A DNA stretch of 64,000 bases. It comes from Emiliania huxleyi CCMP1516. Lineage: Eukaryota. This document shows, piece after piece, positions 37,477 through 48,524 of the stretch (positions are counted from its first letter, which is position 1; each line of letters begins with the position of its first letter). The notes under the pieces were generated by a model. The model saw only the letters and a list, made by a program, of their open reading frames with translations, did no database searches and had not been told where the DNA came from. The stretch spans positions 280,475 to 344,474 of the forward strand of contig NW_005201493.1 of NCBI RefSeq assembly GCF_000372725.1, read 5' to 3'. A program made the translations under genes and the position numbers.

Positions 37477-37685
37477 GGAAGGCGAGTGGTGGCTGTGACG
37501 GCTCGGCTCCGACTCTTGCACTGGGGGGGCGCTTTCTTTTTCGTGCTTTTCCTCGTGGCAACATTGCGAGCGTAACAAAAAATGCGTTTTTCTTGCAAAA
37601 AAAGAACTTCGCGGCGCTCGGGTGTGCGTCGGAGGTCTGCAGCACACTCGCTGCCTTTCGCCTTGGCCAGCGCAGCGCCATTGTC

Positions 37686-38540
37686 ATGGCAAGCACCTCC
37701 TCTCTGCCGCTCGCGTCTGCGTCTATCGCGGCTGCGCTCCTCGTCTACCTCCTTCTCAGCCGCAGCAGGCGGGCTCCCATCGCTCCCATCGTCCTGCCGC
37801 CCAAGGAGGCGGCCAACGGTGTGCTGCGAGACTTTGTGGTGGAGCGGGTTCTGAGGCGGAGAGGTGCGCTGCACATCTTCGAGACGCTGCCGCCCAAGCA
37901 CACCGCGCTCGTCATCATCGACATGCAGCACACCTTTCTCGACGCGGGAGCCGCGGTCGAGGTGCCTCTCGCCCGCGGCACCGTCGGCAACATCAACGCC
38001 TTGGCCCGTGCGGTGAGGGAACGCGGCGGCCGCGTCATCTGGATCGCGCACGCCAACACGGTGCTCGGCGCCGGCGACAACGACTGGGCAGCCTTCCGGT
38101 GCCACTTTGTGTCCGGCGTCCACCGGAAGCGGTACGTCGAGTCGCTGTCTCCGGGCGCTCGAGGCCAGCGGATCTGGTCGGAGCTGATGGTGGACAAGGC
38201 CGACATCGTCCTGCAGAAGAACCGCTACTCTGCCCTGATTGGCGGCTCGTCCCAGCTGGAGCGCGTCCTGCGCTCGGCCGACCTGACGACGGTGCTGCTC
38301 GCCGGCTGCAAAACAGACGTGTGCGTCGAGTCAACGGGGCGGGACGCCATGATGCTGGACTTTGGCGCGGTGATTGTCGAGGACTGCTGCGCGGCGCTGA
38401 CGCACGAGGAGCATCGCGACGCGTGCGAGACGTTCGTCCAGCAGTTTGGCGACGTCATGTCGTCGGCGGAGGTGGTCGCCGCCCTCGACCGCGGCGCAGC
38501 CGACTGCTCAGTGACCCGGCCGAGGTCGGCAATCGCGTAG
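37686..38540 (+). CDS. Isochorismatase-family cysteine hydrolase (RutB-like amidohydrolase), intronless
   Basis: Catalytic triad motifs TALVIIDMQ, KNRYSAL and GCKTDVCVESTGRDAMMLDF. Hydrophobic N-terminal segment. Confidence 0.9.
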   Translation: MASTSSLPLASASIAAALLVYLLLSRSRRAPIAPIVLPPKEAANGVLRDFVVERVLRRRGALHIFETLPPKHTALVIIDMQHTFLDAGAAVEVPLARGTVGNINALARAVRERGGRVIWIAHANTVLGAGDNDWAAFRCHFVSGVHRKRYVESLSPGARGQRIWSELMVDKADIVLQKNRYSALIGGSSQLERVLRSADLTTVLLAGCKTDVCVESTGRDAMMLDFGAVIVEDCCAALTHEEHRDACETFVQQFGDVMSSAEVVAALDRGAADCSVTRPRSAIA

Positions 38541-39012
38541 AGCCTCGCGCTCTTCAGCTGGTATCCGAGGGTTGGGCCAGGTGTGAAAACAAGACGTGGA
38601 CGTATAAATAATGAAGAGGAGGGGCACTTCGGAGAAAAATGGGCCATGGGCGACGCAAAGAAGAAGATGCACAGACCTTGAAGCTTGATTTTATTTTTTC
38701 GCGACACATATGTCAGCCCCGCCGACGCCGAACAAAAACGCCGCCCCATACTTTACACCGTGTCCGTGTTGGTGCGACCCGAGCGACCCGAGGAGAAGCG
38801 CAAGCCTAAGCCTCCTCCGTCCGACGACAAGGACGAGTCGGACGTCTCGCGTCTCGGAGGAACAGTCCGACGCCTTGGAGGACGACGACGAGGAAGACGA
38901 CGACGACGAGGAGGAGGAAGGAATGACATTGTACTCAAACAGATACGCTCAGGACGAGCGATGCGTGGGCCGGCGGAGATGTCACCGCACGCGGCTGGCG
39001 CTCAGTCGTCCC

Positions 39013-41788
39013 TTACCTTACCTTCTTGGCCGTGATGTCGCGGCCCTGCGCGTCAAAGGTCCTCCTCCCAGCGGGGTCGCCAAACTGCCACGCGCTCGCG
39101 CGGCCCTCGAAGAAGCCCGAGAAGAGGTCGCACTCGATCACGCCCTTCTTCTCGCCGGCGAGGTCCTGCCAGGGGGCTGATGGCTTCAAAGCGGCGGTTA
39201 GCGGTGGTGGTGAGGGCGGGGGGAGGCGGAGGGGGTGGGGCGGGGAGGGGGGCATGAGGGAGGGCACCCATAGCAGAGATGCCGTCGTGCGGCCAAAGAG
39301 ACCCCAGCGGGCGGGCGCCCCGGGCGGTAGCTCTGGCGTGGGGGCGGAGGGGTCGGCGGAGAGGGCGTCGACGGCGTCGACGACCGACCAGTGGCAGCGG
39401 TAGCGGCCTGTCGCGAGGTCGGGCAGCAGCGGGAACGACGAGATGCGCAGCGAGAGCAGGTCGCCTCTATCGAGCCCGCACCTCGCCGCGAGGGTGCGCA
39501 GAAGCCCGGGCGACCCAAAGTCGATCTCGGTCACGGTCTGGAGGCGGCGTAAAGGGGCGGATGAGCCAAAATGAGCCGAGATGAGCTAAGATGAGCCGAG
39601 ATGAGGCGAGATGATCTGAGATGAGCCGAGATGAGGCGAGATGATCCAAGATGATCCGAAGTGGACTGAGGCAAGCCGATACGAGGTGAGCCGAGGTGAG
39701 CCGAGCTGGGCCGAGGATCGTCACCTGGTTGCAGAACTGCGGCAGACCTATCAGGACATGCTCGCGGGCAGCACCCTCCTCCCGCGGCAGCACATAGGTT
39801 TGGAGCAGCCAGCCGAGGCACTTGGTGTTGCCGCGAGCGCGTGCGAGCGTCCCAAGGCCACCGAGGAGACCGTCCGCGCCGAAGTCTACTCACAGCGACG
39901 CGTGAGACGGAACGTGCGCGCACACGCGGCAGCGCTGGCGACGGCCAAATGCTTGGCGGTGTGGACGGCGGGCGGCCGTGAGGGTTGATAGCGGTATTGG
40001 CCGGGGACCCGCTGCACCGACGGTCCCCGCCGATGGCATCGGGCCCCGCCGATGGCAACGAAGCCCAGTTCAGCGGGTTGACGACGGCATCGGGGACCCG
40101 CAGCGCAGGGTCCGCCGGTGCGAAGAGCGCGAAGGCGCCGGGGACCCGGTTCAACTTGGCGAGCGCGGAGGCCTGTTGTCAACGCTAAGGTTATTGACGA
40201 TGAGTCACTACTCATTCATAGTAGGAGCTTGGCAGGCGCGGAGGCCTTGGCGGCGAAGATGTGTGTCGCGTGGTTGCCAGAGTAGTTTCGGATGGCGAGC
40301 AGGTACGACCTGATGGAGGAAGGAATGAGCGACTCAGTTAGTGGCCGCTGGAGGTCGAGCAACGGCGCGAGCAGGTAGGACATCGAGTCCGGGCGCAGGT
40401 TGCCGAGCACGGGCGCGAAGTACTGCGACGCGAGGAGGAAAGCGGCGAGGGGCGGCGGAGGCGCCGCCAGGAAGGCGCGAGGCGCGCAGGAGTGGAGGCC
40501 GAACAAGTACCACTCGAGAAAGATGTTTGCCGCGTTCCACTCGCCTGCGAGCGAGCAAGCGGCACACACCTTTCCTTCGTCCACCCAGAAAGCGCCGGTG
40601 TCCAGTGTCCGAGGCAGACTCTTCGTCGTCAAACGCCGTTGATCCCTGCCCGAGAGAATCTACCTCAAAACTACTGGCGCCTCACCGATCCCTCCCAGCG
40701 GGTTGGCGAGGATGATGAAGGCGTGCATGCCGCCCACGAGCAGCACGCCGAGCCGCGCCGCTACTCCGCCCGCGAGCCACAGGAGAGGACCTGGGGTCAG
40801 GGATAGGTTAGGGTCGGGGTCGGCGTAGGGCTAGGGTGAGCCAGCCATAGGAGAAAGGACCGGCCAGCTCGGCGATCACGCCCGCGAGCGCGAGCAGCAT
40901 GGACGCCCCCGACGGCGCCGCGTCGCCCGCCCGGGCGTCCTTGAAGGCGAGTGCGCGCACGGCCTCCGGGAAGCACGGCGCCATCCCAAACATGGTTGGC
41001 ACTGCCGCAAGGGGTGGGGCCGTCGAGAGGCGGGAGGCAGAGAGAGGCAGCAAAGCGGGGCGAGGCAGAGGGGGGGGGGGGGGGAGCGGCGCACCGACGT
41101 TAATCCACCATGGGCCCAGCTTGCACAGGCCCGAGAAGAAGATGTGCGCAAATTGAGTGGCTTGCATCGCAGCGAGCGTGCCGGCCGGCCCAGCAAACGC
41201 GGCACTGAGCAGGAGCGGGTAGAAGTGCTTGCCCTGCCCGCCGCACCACGCACTGTAGTCGCGCAGGCACAGGGCGGTGAACGCGCCTGCAAAGAGGCGC
41301 AGCGCCTGCGCATGGGCATGGCCGGTCGAGCCGATCGTCGCGACAGCGGTGAAGAGCGTGCTGATCAAGACAAGCGCGTCCAGTCGGCTGCGGCCGCTAG
41401 GAGGCGTCGACGGGTCTGCGAACGGTGACTGACGGAGCGTGCCCGGCGTGAGCCGAAACCACAGGGGCGTGAGGAGGGTATGTCCGTCGCCTAGCTGGCC
41501 GTCCGCGCCGCCAAAGCCGGATACTTCTGTCGCGACGAACCAAACGACGACCTTTGCGACCAGCTCTGGCCCGATGGCGGCGCCGAGCGTCAGCGTCCCG
41601 ACGAGGGGAAGGCCAACCACAATCGCAAACCTGGTTGCGTGGTACTTGACCGGCGTGGTGCGGAGGCAGCTGGCGGCCGCCAGGCTCGCCATCCGCTCGC
41701 CGATGGAGTCGATCGCGCTGTCGTCGATGGAGTCGTCCGCCGATGTGGTTGCGCTTCCTCCGACGTTGCCGGTGGCGTAAGACGCCAT
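39013..41788 (-). CDS. DUF3556-like multi-pass membrane protein, multi-exon
   Basis: FFSGLCKLGPWW, HAFIILANPL, EWN, PVLGNLRPDSMSYLL/AIRNYSGNHAT, NPHGR and ISSFPLL...WSVVDA resemble recalled DUF3556 motifs. 3' end uncertain. Confidence 0.6.
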
Positions 41789-43205
41789 TGCGATCAAGAA
41801 TTCGAACTCCGGAGTGAGAAACAAATCCTCTCTCTCTCCAGCTCGTCTCTCTCCACCGCTGTGTCCGGCTTGGGAGGGAGGGAACAGCGAGGGTCAGAAA
41901 AAAGACGGTCGGGCCTCAACGCAAGGCGGACATGGCATATCGCTCTCGGGCCCACAGACATCCCGCACACCCGCCGCACACCCGCCGCCCCCCGCGCGCG
42001 CCCCACCCCGGCCGGGAGAGAGGGGAGTGACAGTTTGGGATGGCAACAGAACGAGTATGTTGAGTCCTGGCTCAACAACGCAGATAAAGGACTTGGGTGG
42101 TCCGGCCCACAAGTCCGGCTCATGCGCCCCGATCGGACCTCGTTATTTTTTGTATGCGTGACACTGATAGCGTGAGAGACTCGGCGTTCCACCTTGCCGC
42201 CCTACGCCGAGCTGCCCCAAGCCGCTTATCAGAGTCGTTCGATCCGACCATGCTGGGTTTGGAGAGATCGCTCGGGGGCGTGGCCCTGGTTGTCTTTTTG
42301 GCGTCCGCGTACTCGCAGCATAGCGCGCACGAGCACCTCGTGGGCGCGCTGGACAGGCGCATCGCGCTGCTGGAAAAGCAGGCTGGTGACTTGAGGGCGC
42401 AAGAAGCAGGCGAAGTGGTGCTCCTCCGAGGAGTGCTGGAGAGGCTCACCATAGCGATCGAGACGGCGCAGGCACACGACGAGACGGCGCAGGCAGCACA
42501 AACCGAGACGGAAGACATGGCTCAAGTCCGCCATCTCCGACATCTCTTAGTGCTTTCGCAAGAACGCGCTTTTGATCTCAGCCGAGCCTTCGCAGCTGGA
42601 TTTACTTTCGAGCAAGTCCTTTCGGCTGTTGACGAGACCAACTGTCCGCGACACCAATGCTTGCGACTCTTGAAGCAAGTGGGGTACACAGAGGTGTGCA
42701 CTGAGAGCCCGTTCGGTTTCGGTCTCAGCGCGCAGCACATGATCGATGCCGGTTGTACAGAGGAGGATCTGGCCGTCATTTTCGTGCAGCTCAAAACTCG
42801 CGGCGCATCCTTCGATGACGCGATGTCCACGTTTTGTGCTACTACTACTACGCTGTGTCCACGCGCGGTGTCAGTACTGAGGATGGCCGGGTATTCATGT
42901 GCTGATGCCCATGCAGCTATCGATGGCCTCGATGACCAATGGAGCAAATTGAGCTGCCAAGAGCAAGAAATGAACGATGAAAGTCCACCGTGTGCCGAGC
43001 TTTCGCGTTCCTACGCCCAGACGCTCGAACGCGGGAGAAGTTTTTGTCTGGCATCCGAAATACCTGGGGTACTGCGAGATTTGCGGCAGCGGACGGGGCT
43101 GCACTGCGGTGACGCTGTGTTGGCCGGATACAGCCCGGCTGACATGACGCGTGCGGGCTATTCGATGCAAGAGATCGCACAAGAAATGATTTCGGCCAAG
43201 TTGAA

Positions 43206-44283
43206 AAACAGGCGAGCCGTTACGGAAAAGCATGCGCGACGCTGCCTCTTTGCGCCGCTCGCTCGCGGCGGCAGGAGACATGGCCGCCGATGCGGCTCGC
43301 ACTCGCTCGGCGGGCCTCCGTCCCACAGCCGCCCGGGCGTGCCAGGGGTCGGCCTGGCGCTGCGCTGCTCGCACGCTGCACTGCACAAAGCTGCGACAAC
43401 AAGGGGAGGCTCCTGAGCTTCAATGTTGAGCAGTGCAGCTGCGGGCGCTCGTGGGCGGCTGTGCAGTGGTGAGAGTGCCTGTTTGGAGGCGAGCTGGCGC
43501 TGCGCCAGGGTGCGCAGCATGCTCCCTTGCTCTGTCCTGAGGCATGCTGGTTGGCGCCCAACACAATGCCCTGGATGCATTGCTCCACGCCGTGCTGGCT
43601 GGTGCAGTGCTGCCAGTGCGCCGACTGGCGCGCAGGGTGCGCGTCGCCGCGCGTGGCACGGGAGGCGCGAGAGGCGCGGCTGTCGGTCAACCCCGCGGCG
43701 CATGGGCGCCGCGGAAGCTGCTCGACAGGCTGCGGGCATCGCTGCGGCAAAAAGCGCCCGCCCTCTGCTTTGCTTTCGCCCGCGTTTTACGACAACTTTC
43801 GGTTTATCATAGCCGCCGAACTTTACCTCGCTGTTTCTTTATAGGTACCTCGCAGCTGCGTATTCTTGTATTATCGTCGAGTAGTACAGGTACTGCGTGG
43901 GGGCAGTACGTATTCTCGTATCACTAGCTCCGAGTAGAGGGGGCGTCCTGCAGTTAAGGGGAAACCCGGTACGCGGGTCCAACCCTCGGAGAGTATTCTT
44001 TAGCTCCGAGTAGAGGGGGCGCTCCGCTGCTAGGGGAAACCTGGAGCGCGGACTAACCCTCGGAGAGTATTCTTTAGCTCCGAGTAGAGGGGGCGGTCTG
44101 CTGCTAGGGGAAACCCGGAGCGCGGAGCTAACCCTCGGAGACCCGTGTTACGGCCCTGCGAACGCGCACCCCCGGGGCTAGGGCTCTCTTGCCCGCAACC
44201 CGATGCCAATCATCCGGCCCGCTGGGTGCGCTTCTCAGCTCCCCGGCCCTGGATGTGAGGTTGCCGACTGCACTCCAAGTGCT
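43206..44283. mobile_element. Non-coding ~1.08-kb insertion with a 10-bp target-site duplication
   Basis: CCAAGTTGAA at 43196-43205 and 44284-44293. No evident TIRs or recognisable ORF. Confidence 0.8.
43925..44140. repeat. Three tandem 74-76-bp structured units
   Basis: Units start at 43925, 44001 and 44075: tagctccgagtagagggggcg...ggggaaacc...aaccctcggaga. CTCCGAG and CTCGGAG are complementary. Confidence 0.9.
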
Positions 44284-44667
44284 CCAAGTTGAACGGCATC
44301 TTGGATTCTCAAGAACACAACCAACTCCTAGCCGAAACGATTCTTAAGCAGCTGAAGGCCGCCGGCATGACATGTAAGGAGGCTAGGCACGCGACGTTCC
44401 GTCCGAGGCAGTGCAAGGCCGCCGGCTACACCTACGAAGAAGCAAAGCAGGCCGGCTACGCCTATTTTGAACTCCACTGGAACCGAGGTGATGAGACGGA
44501 GAGTGTGCACCACAATGGTTGGGACATCGACGAGCCGTCACCTCAGCCGACGGGCACCCAGCGCGTTGTCCGCGAGTAAGCGCCGCGCGAAGGGCGAGGG
44601 TGTGTGCGGACGCGTTCAGCCGCCGGACCAGGAGCGACGGGAGAGTGGGACCACAGTTCACAAGCTA

Positions 44668-44752
44668 AAAAGAATTTAAACAAAAGAACTCTCTCTCACA
44701 GCACACAGGCTCGACACAGGTGCGAACTGGCGCGTGCTAGTACTATCACCGG
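44668..44752 (+). mobile_element. 85-bp element flanked by a 16-bp direct repeat; inverted copy at 46470-46554
   Basis: One mismatch between the copies. Flanking repeats are cacaagctaaaaagaa (44659/44755) and aaattcttttccc (46459/46545). Confidence 0.7.
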
Positions 44753-44764
44753 CACACAAGCTAA

Positions 44765-46450
44765 AAAGAAAGAAAGAAAAGAACCCCAGGGAGGGATGGG
44801 AGAACGGCACGCCGCCACCACACAGGGATTTTAAGGAGAGGGGTGTGGTGCGCTAGCCGTCGCCCACCCTTGGGCGTCCGCCTCTTCCTATCTCACTTCG
44901 CAGTCTCTCTCCGATTCTCGCTGCAACCTTCGTGCCACCTCGCGGTCTCCCCCTTCTCGTCGTGCTCTCCCTTGTCGCATCTTCCTCTGTCGCGTCGCTC
45001 TCCTCTGCCTCGTTCTGCGCCGCCGCCGCGGCCTGCCGTTCCCTCGAGGGCGCGATTTCTTTGTTTCCACGATGGTGACGTCTGCGCCGCCGCCAAGCAA
45101 CGCCGCCAGCTCCGAGACTTTGGACGTGGGCGGCTGGCAGGTCGTCGTCACCGACGGGCACGCGGTCCTGCCCAAAGGCATGACGCACTTGCCAGACGGG
45201 ACGTTTCAGCTCCGCACCTCTCTCGTCTCGGTCGCCTTTCCGCGCAGCCTCGCCTCCATCGGCGACGGCGCCTTCTACCGCTGCACCTCGCTCGTCTCCA
45301 TTGACCTCCCCGCCAGCCTCACCTCCATCCGCCCCCATGCTTTCCGCGGCTGCTCCTCCCTCGCCCACGTCACCTTCCCCGCCGGCCTCACCTCCATCGG
45401 CGACAACGCCTACAATGGTTGCACCTCTCTCGCCTCCGTCACCTTCCCTGTCGGTCTCACCTCCATCGGAGTCTACGCCTTCTGCGGCTGCCCCTCCCTG
45501 ACCCGCGTCACCGTGCCAACCACCCTCACCTCCATCGGCCACGGCGCCTTCCGCGACTGCCCGCTCACCCGCGTCACCGTGCCAGACACCGCAACCGTCG
45601 GCTACGCCGCCTTTCCGCCCGCCACCACCGTTCTCCGCCTCCCTCCCAAGAGGATGCGCGACCTGCAGCGCTGGTACGAGGCGGTGGCCGGGGCTCTGGC
45701 CTACAAGCGCTGCCGCCCCGGCCTTGTCCTCTGGCTGGAGCGAGCCAACATCAGGCTCGGCTCTTACGGCCCGGACGGCGCGGCGCGCAAGCGCGACCGC
45801 GAGGAGTTCGAGGGCGACTTTGCGCCGCTTGTAGAGTGACAGGCGTGATTGAAAACGCCGGCGCTGCGGCTGGAGCTCCTCCTCCTGTTAGTCCTGAGGA
45901 GGAGCGTGTGTACGAGAGGACCGGAGAATCTTTCGAGTACTTTTGGAGACATATGCGAGAAAAAGGGAAAAAAGTTATGGGTGGGTCGAGGACAGACGCG
46001 TCCCGACCTTTTTCGCGCGAGAATTCTTTTGCTTGTAAAATTCTTTTCCCTGTGTTAGTGCCAGTGCGCGCCAGTCCCGTGCCCGGTGTAAAGAAAGAAA
46101 GAAACGAGACACCCCAAGGGAGGGATGGGAGAACGGCACGCCGCCACCACACAGGGATTTTAAGGAGAGGGGTGTGGTGCGCTAGCCGTCGCCCACCCTT
46201 GGGCGTCCGCCTCTTCCTATCTCTCTTCGTCGCAGTCTCTCTCCGATTCTCGCTGCAACCTTCGTGCCAAAGAAAGAAAGAAAGAAAACAGACAACCCCA
46301 GGGAGGGATGGGAGGACGGCACGCCGCCACCACACAGGGATTTTAAGGAGAGGGGTGTGATGCGCTAGCCGTCGCCCACCCTAGGGAGTCTGCCTCTTCC
46401 TATCTCTTTTCGCAGTCTCTCGCCGCTTCTCGCTTCGTGCCACCTCGCGG
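44765..46450 (+). repeat. Three copies of a ~180-bp unit (~44765-44945, ~46091-46269, ~46271-46450) upstream of the LRR genes
   Basis: ...gggagggatggga(ga/gg)acggcacgccgccaccacacagggattttaaggagaggggtgt...cttcgtgcca. Confidence 0.9.
45072..45839 (+). CDS. BspA/TpLRR-type (LRR_5) leucine-rich repeat protein, copy 1
   Basis: Intronless. Repeats LTSIGxxAFxGCxSLxxVTFPAG; tail ...GSYGPDGAARKRDREEFEGDF. Confidence 0.9.
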   Translation: MVTSAPPPSNAASSETLDVGGWQVVVTDGHAVLPKGMTHLPDGTFQLRTSLVSVAFPRSLASIGDGAFYRCTSLVSIDLPASLTSIRPHAFRGCSSLAHVTFPAGLTSIGDNAYNGCTSLASVTFPVGLTSIGVYAFCGCPSLTRVTVPTTLTSIGHGAFRDCPLTRVTVPDTATVGYAAFPPATTVLRLPPKRMRDLQRWYEAVAGALAYKRCRPGLVLWLERANIRLGSYGPDGAARKRDREEFEGDFAPLVE

Positions 46451-46565
46451 GCGTCCTAAAATTCTTTTCCCGGTGATAGTACTAGCACGCGCCAGTTCGC
46501 ACCTGTGTCGAGCCTGTCTGCTGTGAGAGAGAGTTCTTTTGTTTAAATTCTTTTCCCAGGATGGG

Positions 46566-47618
46566 ATGCCCGCCTCGACTCCTTCAGCGCCGCCGCCGAG
46601 CGACGCCGCGCCGCCGCCCGGCTCCGAGACTCTTGATGTGGGCGGCTGGCAGGTCGTCGTCGCCGACGGGCACGCGGTGCTGCCCGAAGGCATGACGCAC
46701 CTGCCGGACCTGGCGTTCTTCGAACGCGCCACTCTCGTCTCGGTCGCCTTTCCGCGCAGCCTCGTCTTCATCGGCGACCGGGCCTTCGACCGCTGCACCT
46801 CGCTCGCCTCCATCGACCTCCCCGCCAGCCTCACCTCCATCGGCAAGCACGCCTTCGACCGCTGCTGCTCGCTGGTCTCCATTGACCTCCCCGCCGGTCT
46901 CACCTCCATCAGCAGAGGCGCCTTCTTCGGCTGCTCCGCCCTCGCCTCCGTCACCTCCCCCGCCGGCCTCACCTCCATCGGCAGCTGCGCCTTCTACGGC
47001 TGCTCCGCCCTCGCCAACGTCACCTTCCCTGCCGGCCTCGTCTCCATCGGCGACTACGCCTTCGACGGCTGCTCCGCCCTCGCCAACGTCACCTTCCCTG
47101 CCGGCCTCACCTCCATCGGCAGCAGCGCCTTCCTCCATTGCTCCTCCCTCACCAGCGTCACCCTCCCCGCCGGCCTCACCTCCATCGGCAGCTGCGCCTT
47201 CTACGGCTGCTCCGCCCTCGCCAACGTCACCTTCCCTGCCGGCCTCACCTCCATCGGCGAGCAAGCCTTCTACCGCTGCTTGTCTCTCACATCCGTCACC
47301 TTCCCCGCCGGCCTCACCTCGATCGGCAGCAGCGCCTTCAACGCCTGCTCCTCCCTCTCCTCCGTCACCGTGCCAACCACCGCCACGATCGGCTTCGGCG
47401 CCTTCCCACTCGCCACCACCGTCCTCCGCCTCCCGCCCGCAACGATGCGCTGGTACGAGGCGGTGGACGGGGCTCTGGCCTACAAGCGCTGCCGCCCCCT
47501 TCTCTACGGCTGGCTAGAGCGGGCCCAGACCAGCCTCGGCTCTTACGGCCCGGACGGCGCGGCGCGCCAGCGCGACCTCGAGGAGTTCGAGGGCGATTTT
47601 GGGCCGCTTGTAGAGTGA
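46566..47618 (+). CDS. BspA/TpLRR-type (LRR_5) leucine-rich repeat protein, copy 2 (more repeats)
   Basis: Same N-terminus (SETLDVGGWQVVV), tail and ~80 bp of 3' flank as copy 1, with a longer repeat array. Confidence 0.9.
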   Translation: MPASTPSAPPPSDAAPPPGSETLDVGGWQVVVADGHAVLPEGMTHLPDLAFFERATLVSVAFPRSLVFIGDRAFDRCTSLASIDLPASLTSIGKHAFDRCCSLVSIDLPAGLTSISRGAFFGCSALASVTSPAGLTSIGSCAFYGCSALANVTFPAGLVSIGDYAFDGCSALANVTFPAGLTSIGSSAFLHCSSLTSVTLPAGLTSIGSCAFYGCSALANVTFPAGLTSIGEQAFYRCLSLTSVTFPAGLTSIGSSAFNACSSLSSVTVPTTATIGFGAFPLATTVLRLPPATMRWYEAVDGALAYKRCRPLLYGWLERAQTSLGSYGPDGAARQRDLEEFEGDFGPLVE

Positions 47619-47719
47619 CAGGCGTGATTGAAACCGCCGGCGCTGCGGCTGGAGCTCCTCCTCCTGTCAGTCCTGAGGAGGAGCGTGTGTACGAGACCCG
47701 CCAGCTGCTGCTCCCTTCA

Positions 47720-48517
47720 GCCAGACGGCGCCTCCGCTCTGCTCCTCGCGTGCGAGAAGGAATGCCCCGAGTGCGTCAGGCTGCTGCTCGAGGCCAATGC
47801 GGCGGTCGACCAAGCCAACACCAGAGGCGTCACACCGCTGTACATCACGTGCCACCGAGGCCACCTCGGGATTGCCCGGCTGCTGCGCGACGCCGGCGCA
47901 GCGGTCGGCCAAGTCATGGATGGCGGCTTCACGCCGCTGCTCGTGGCATGCCTGCAGGGGCGCGTCGAGTGCGCCCAGCTGCTCCTCGAGTCCAATGCGG
48001 CGGTCAACCAAGCGAAGAACGACGGCATCACGCCGCTGTACCTCGCGTGCCAGAAGGGCCACCTCGACATCGTCCGGCTGCTTCTCGAGGCTGGCGCAGC
48101 GGTCGGCCAAGCCATGAACAACAACGGCGCCACGCCGCTGGTCATCGCGTGCCACTTCGGCCACCTCGAAGTCGTCAAGCTCCTCTCCTCCTACGGCGCC
48201 TCCCGCGCCGCTACGCCCTTCGGCACGCCCGAGGAGGTTGCGAACCGCCGCGGCCACGCCGACCTCGCCGCTTGGCTGATCGCTAGCCGCAGCTGGACGC
48301 CGCTCGCGCACTTTGAGACCCTCACCGCCGCCCGCGCGCTCTCCCTGCTGCGCAGCGGCGCAAGCTTGCACGAGGGCGAGCCGACGCCGCTGCAGCGCGC
48401 CGCGAGCGGCGAGGGCGAGGCGGCGGCGCTGATCCTGCGGGCGGCGGCGCCGTGGTCGCCGGCAAGCCACTCGCTCTTTCCCGCGGCGGCCCGCGCGCGG
48501 GCGGCGCTCCTCGTCCT
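47720..48517 (+). pseudogene. Ankyrin paralog C, truncated at both ends
   Basis: Starts at DGASALLLAC with no family N-terminus. Five repeats plus cap; the tail breaks after RAALLVL. Confidence 0.8.
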
Positions 48518-48524
48518 GCTCCGC

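Larger units (their letters stand above)
42250..44579 (+). pseudogene. Signal/TM-anchored protein with AG(Y/F)x short repeats, interrupted by an insertion
   Basis: Removing 43206-44293 fuses ...EMISAKL to NGILDSQ... in frame, giving a 413-aa ORF. Both halves contain AGYS/AGYT/AGFT repeats. Confidence 0.75.

Noticed and set aside
43925..44140. CRISPR array, or twister/HDV/hammerhead ribozyme
   Set aside because: The variable parts are homologous rather than unique spacers and there are no cas genes. The canonical ribozyme cores could not be fitted by eye.
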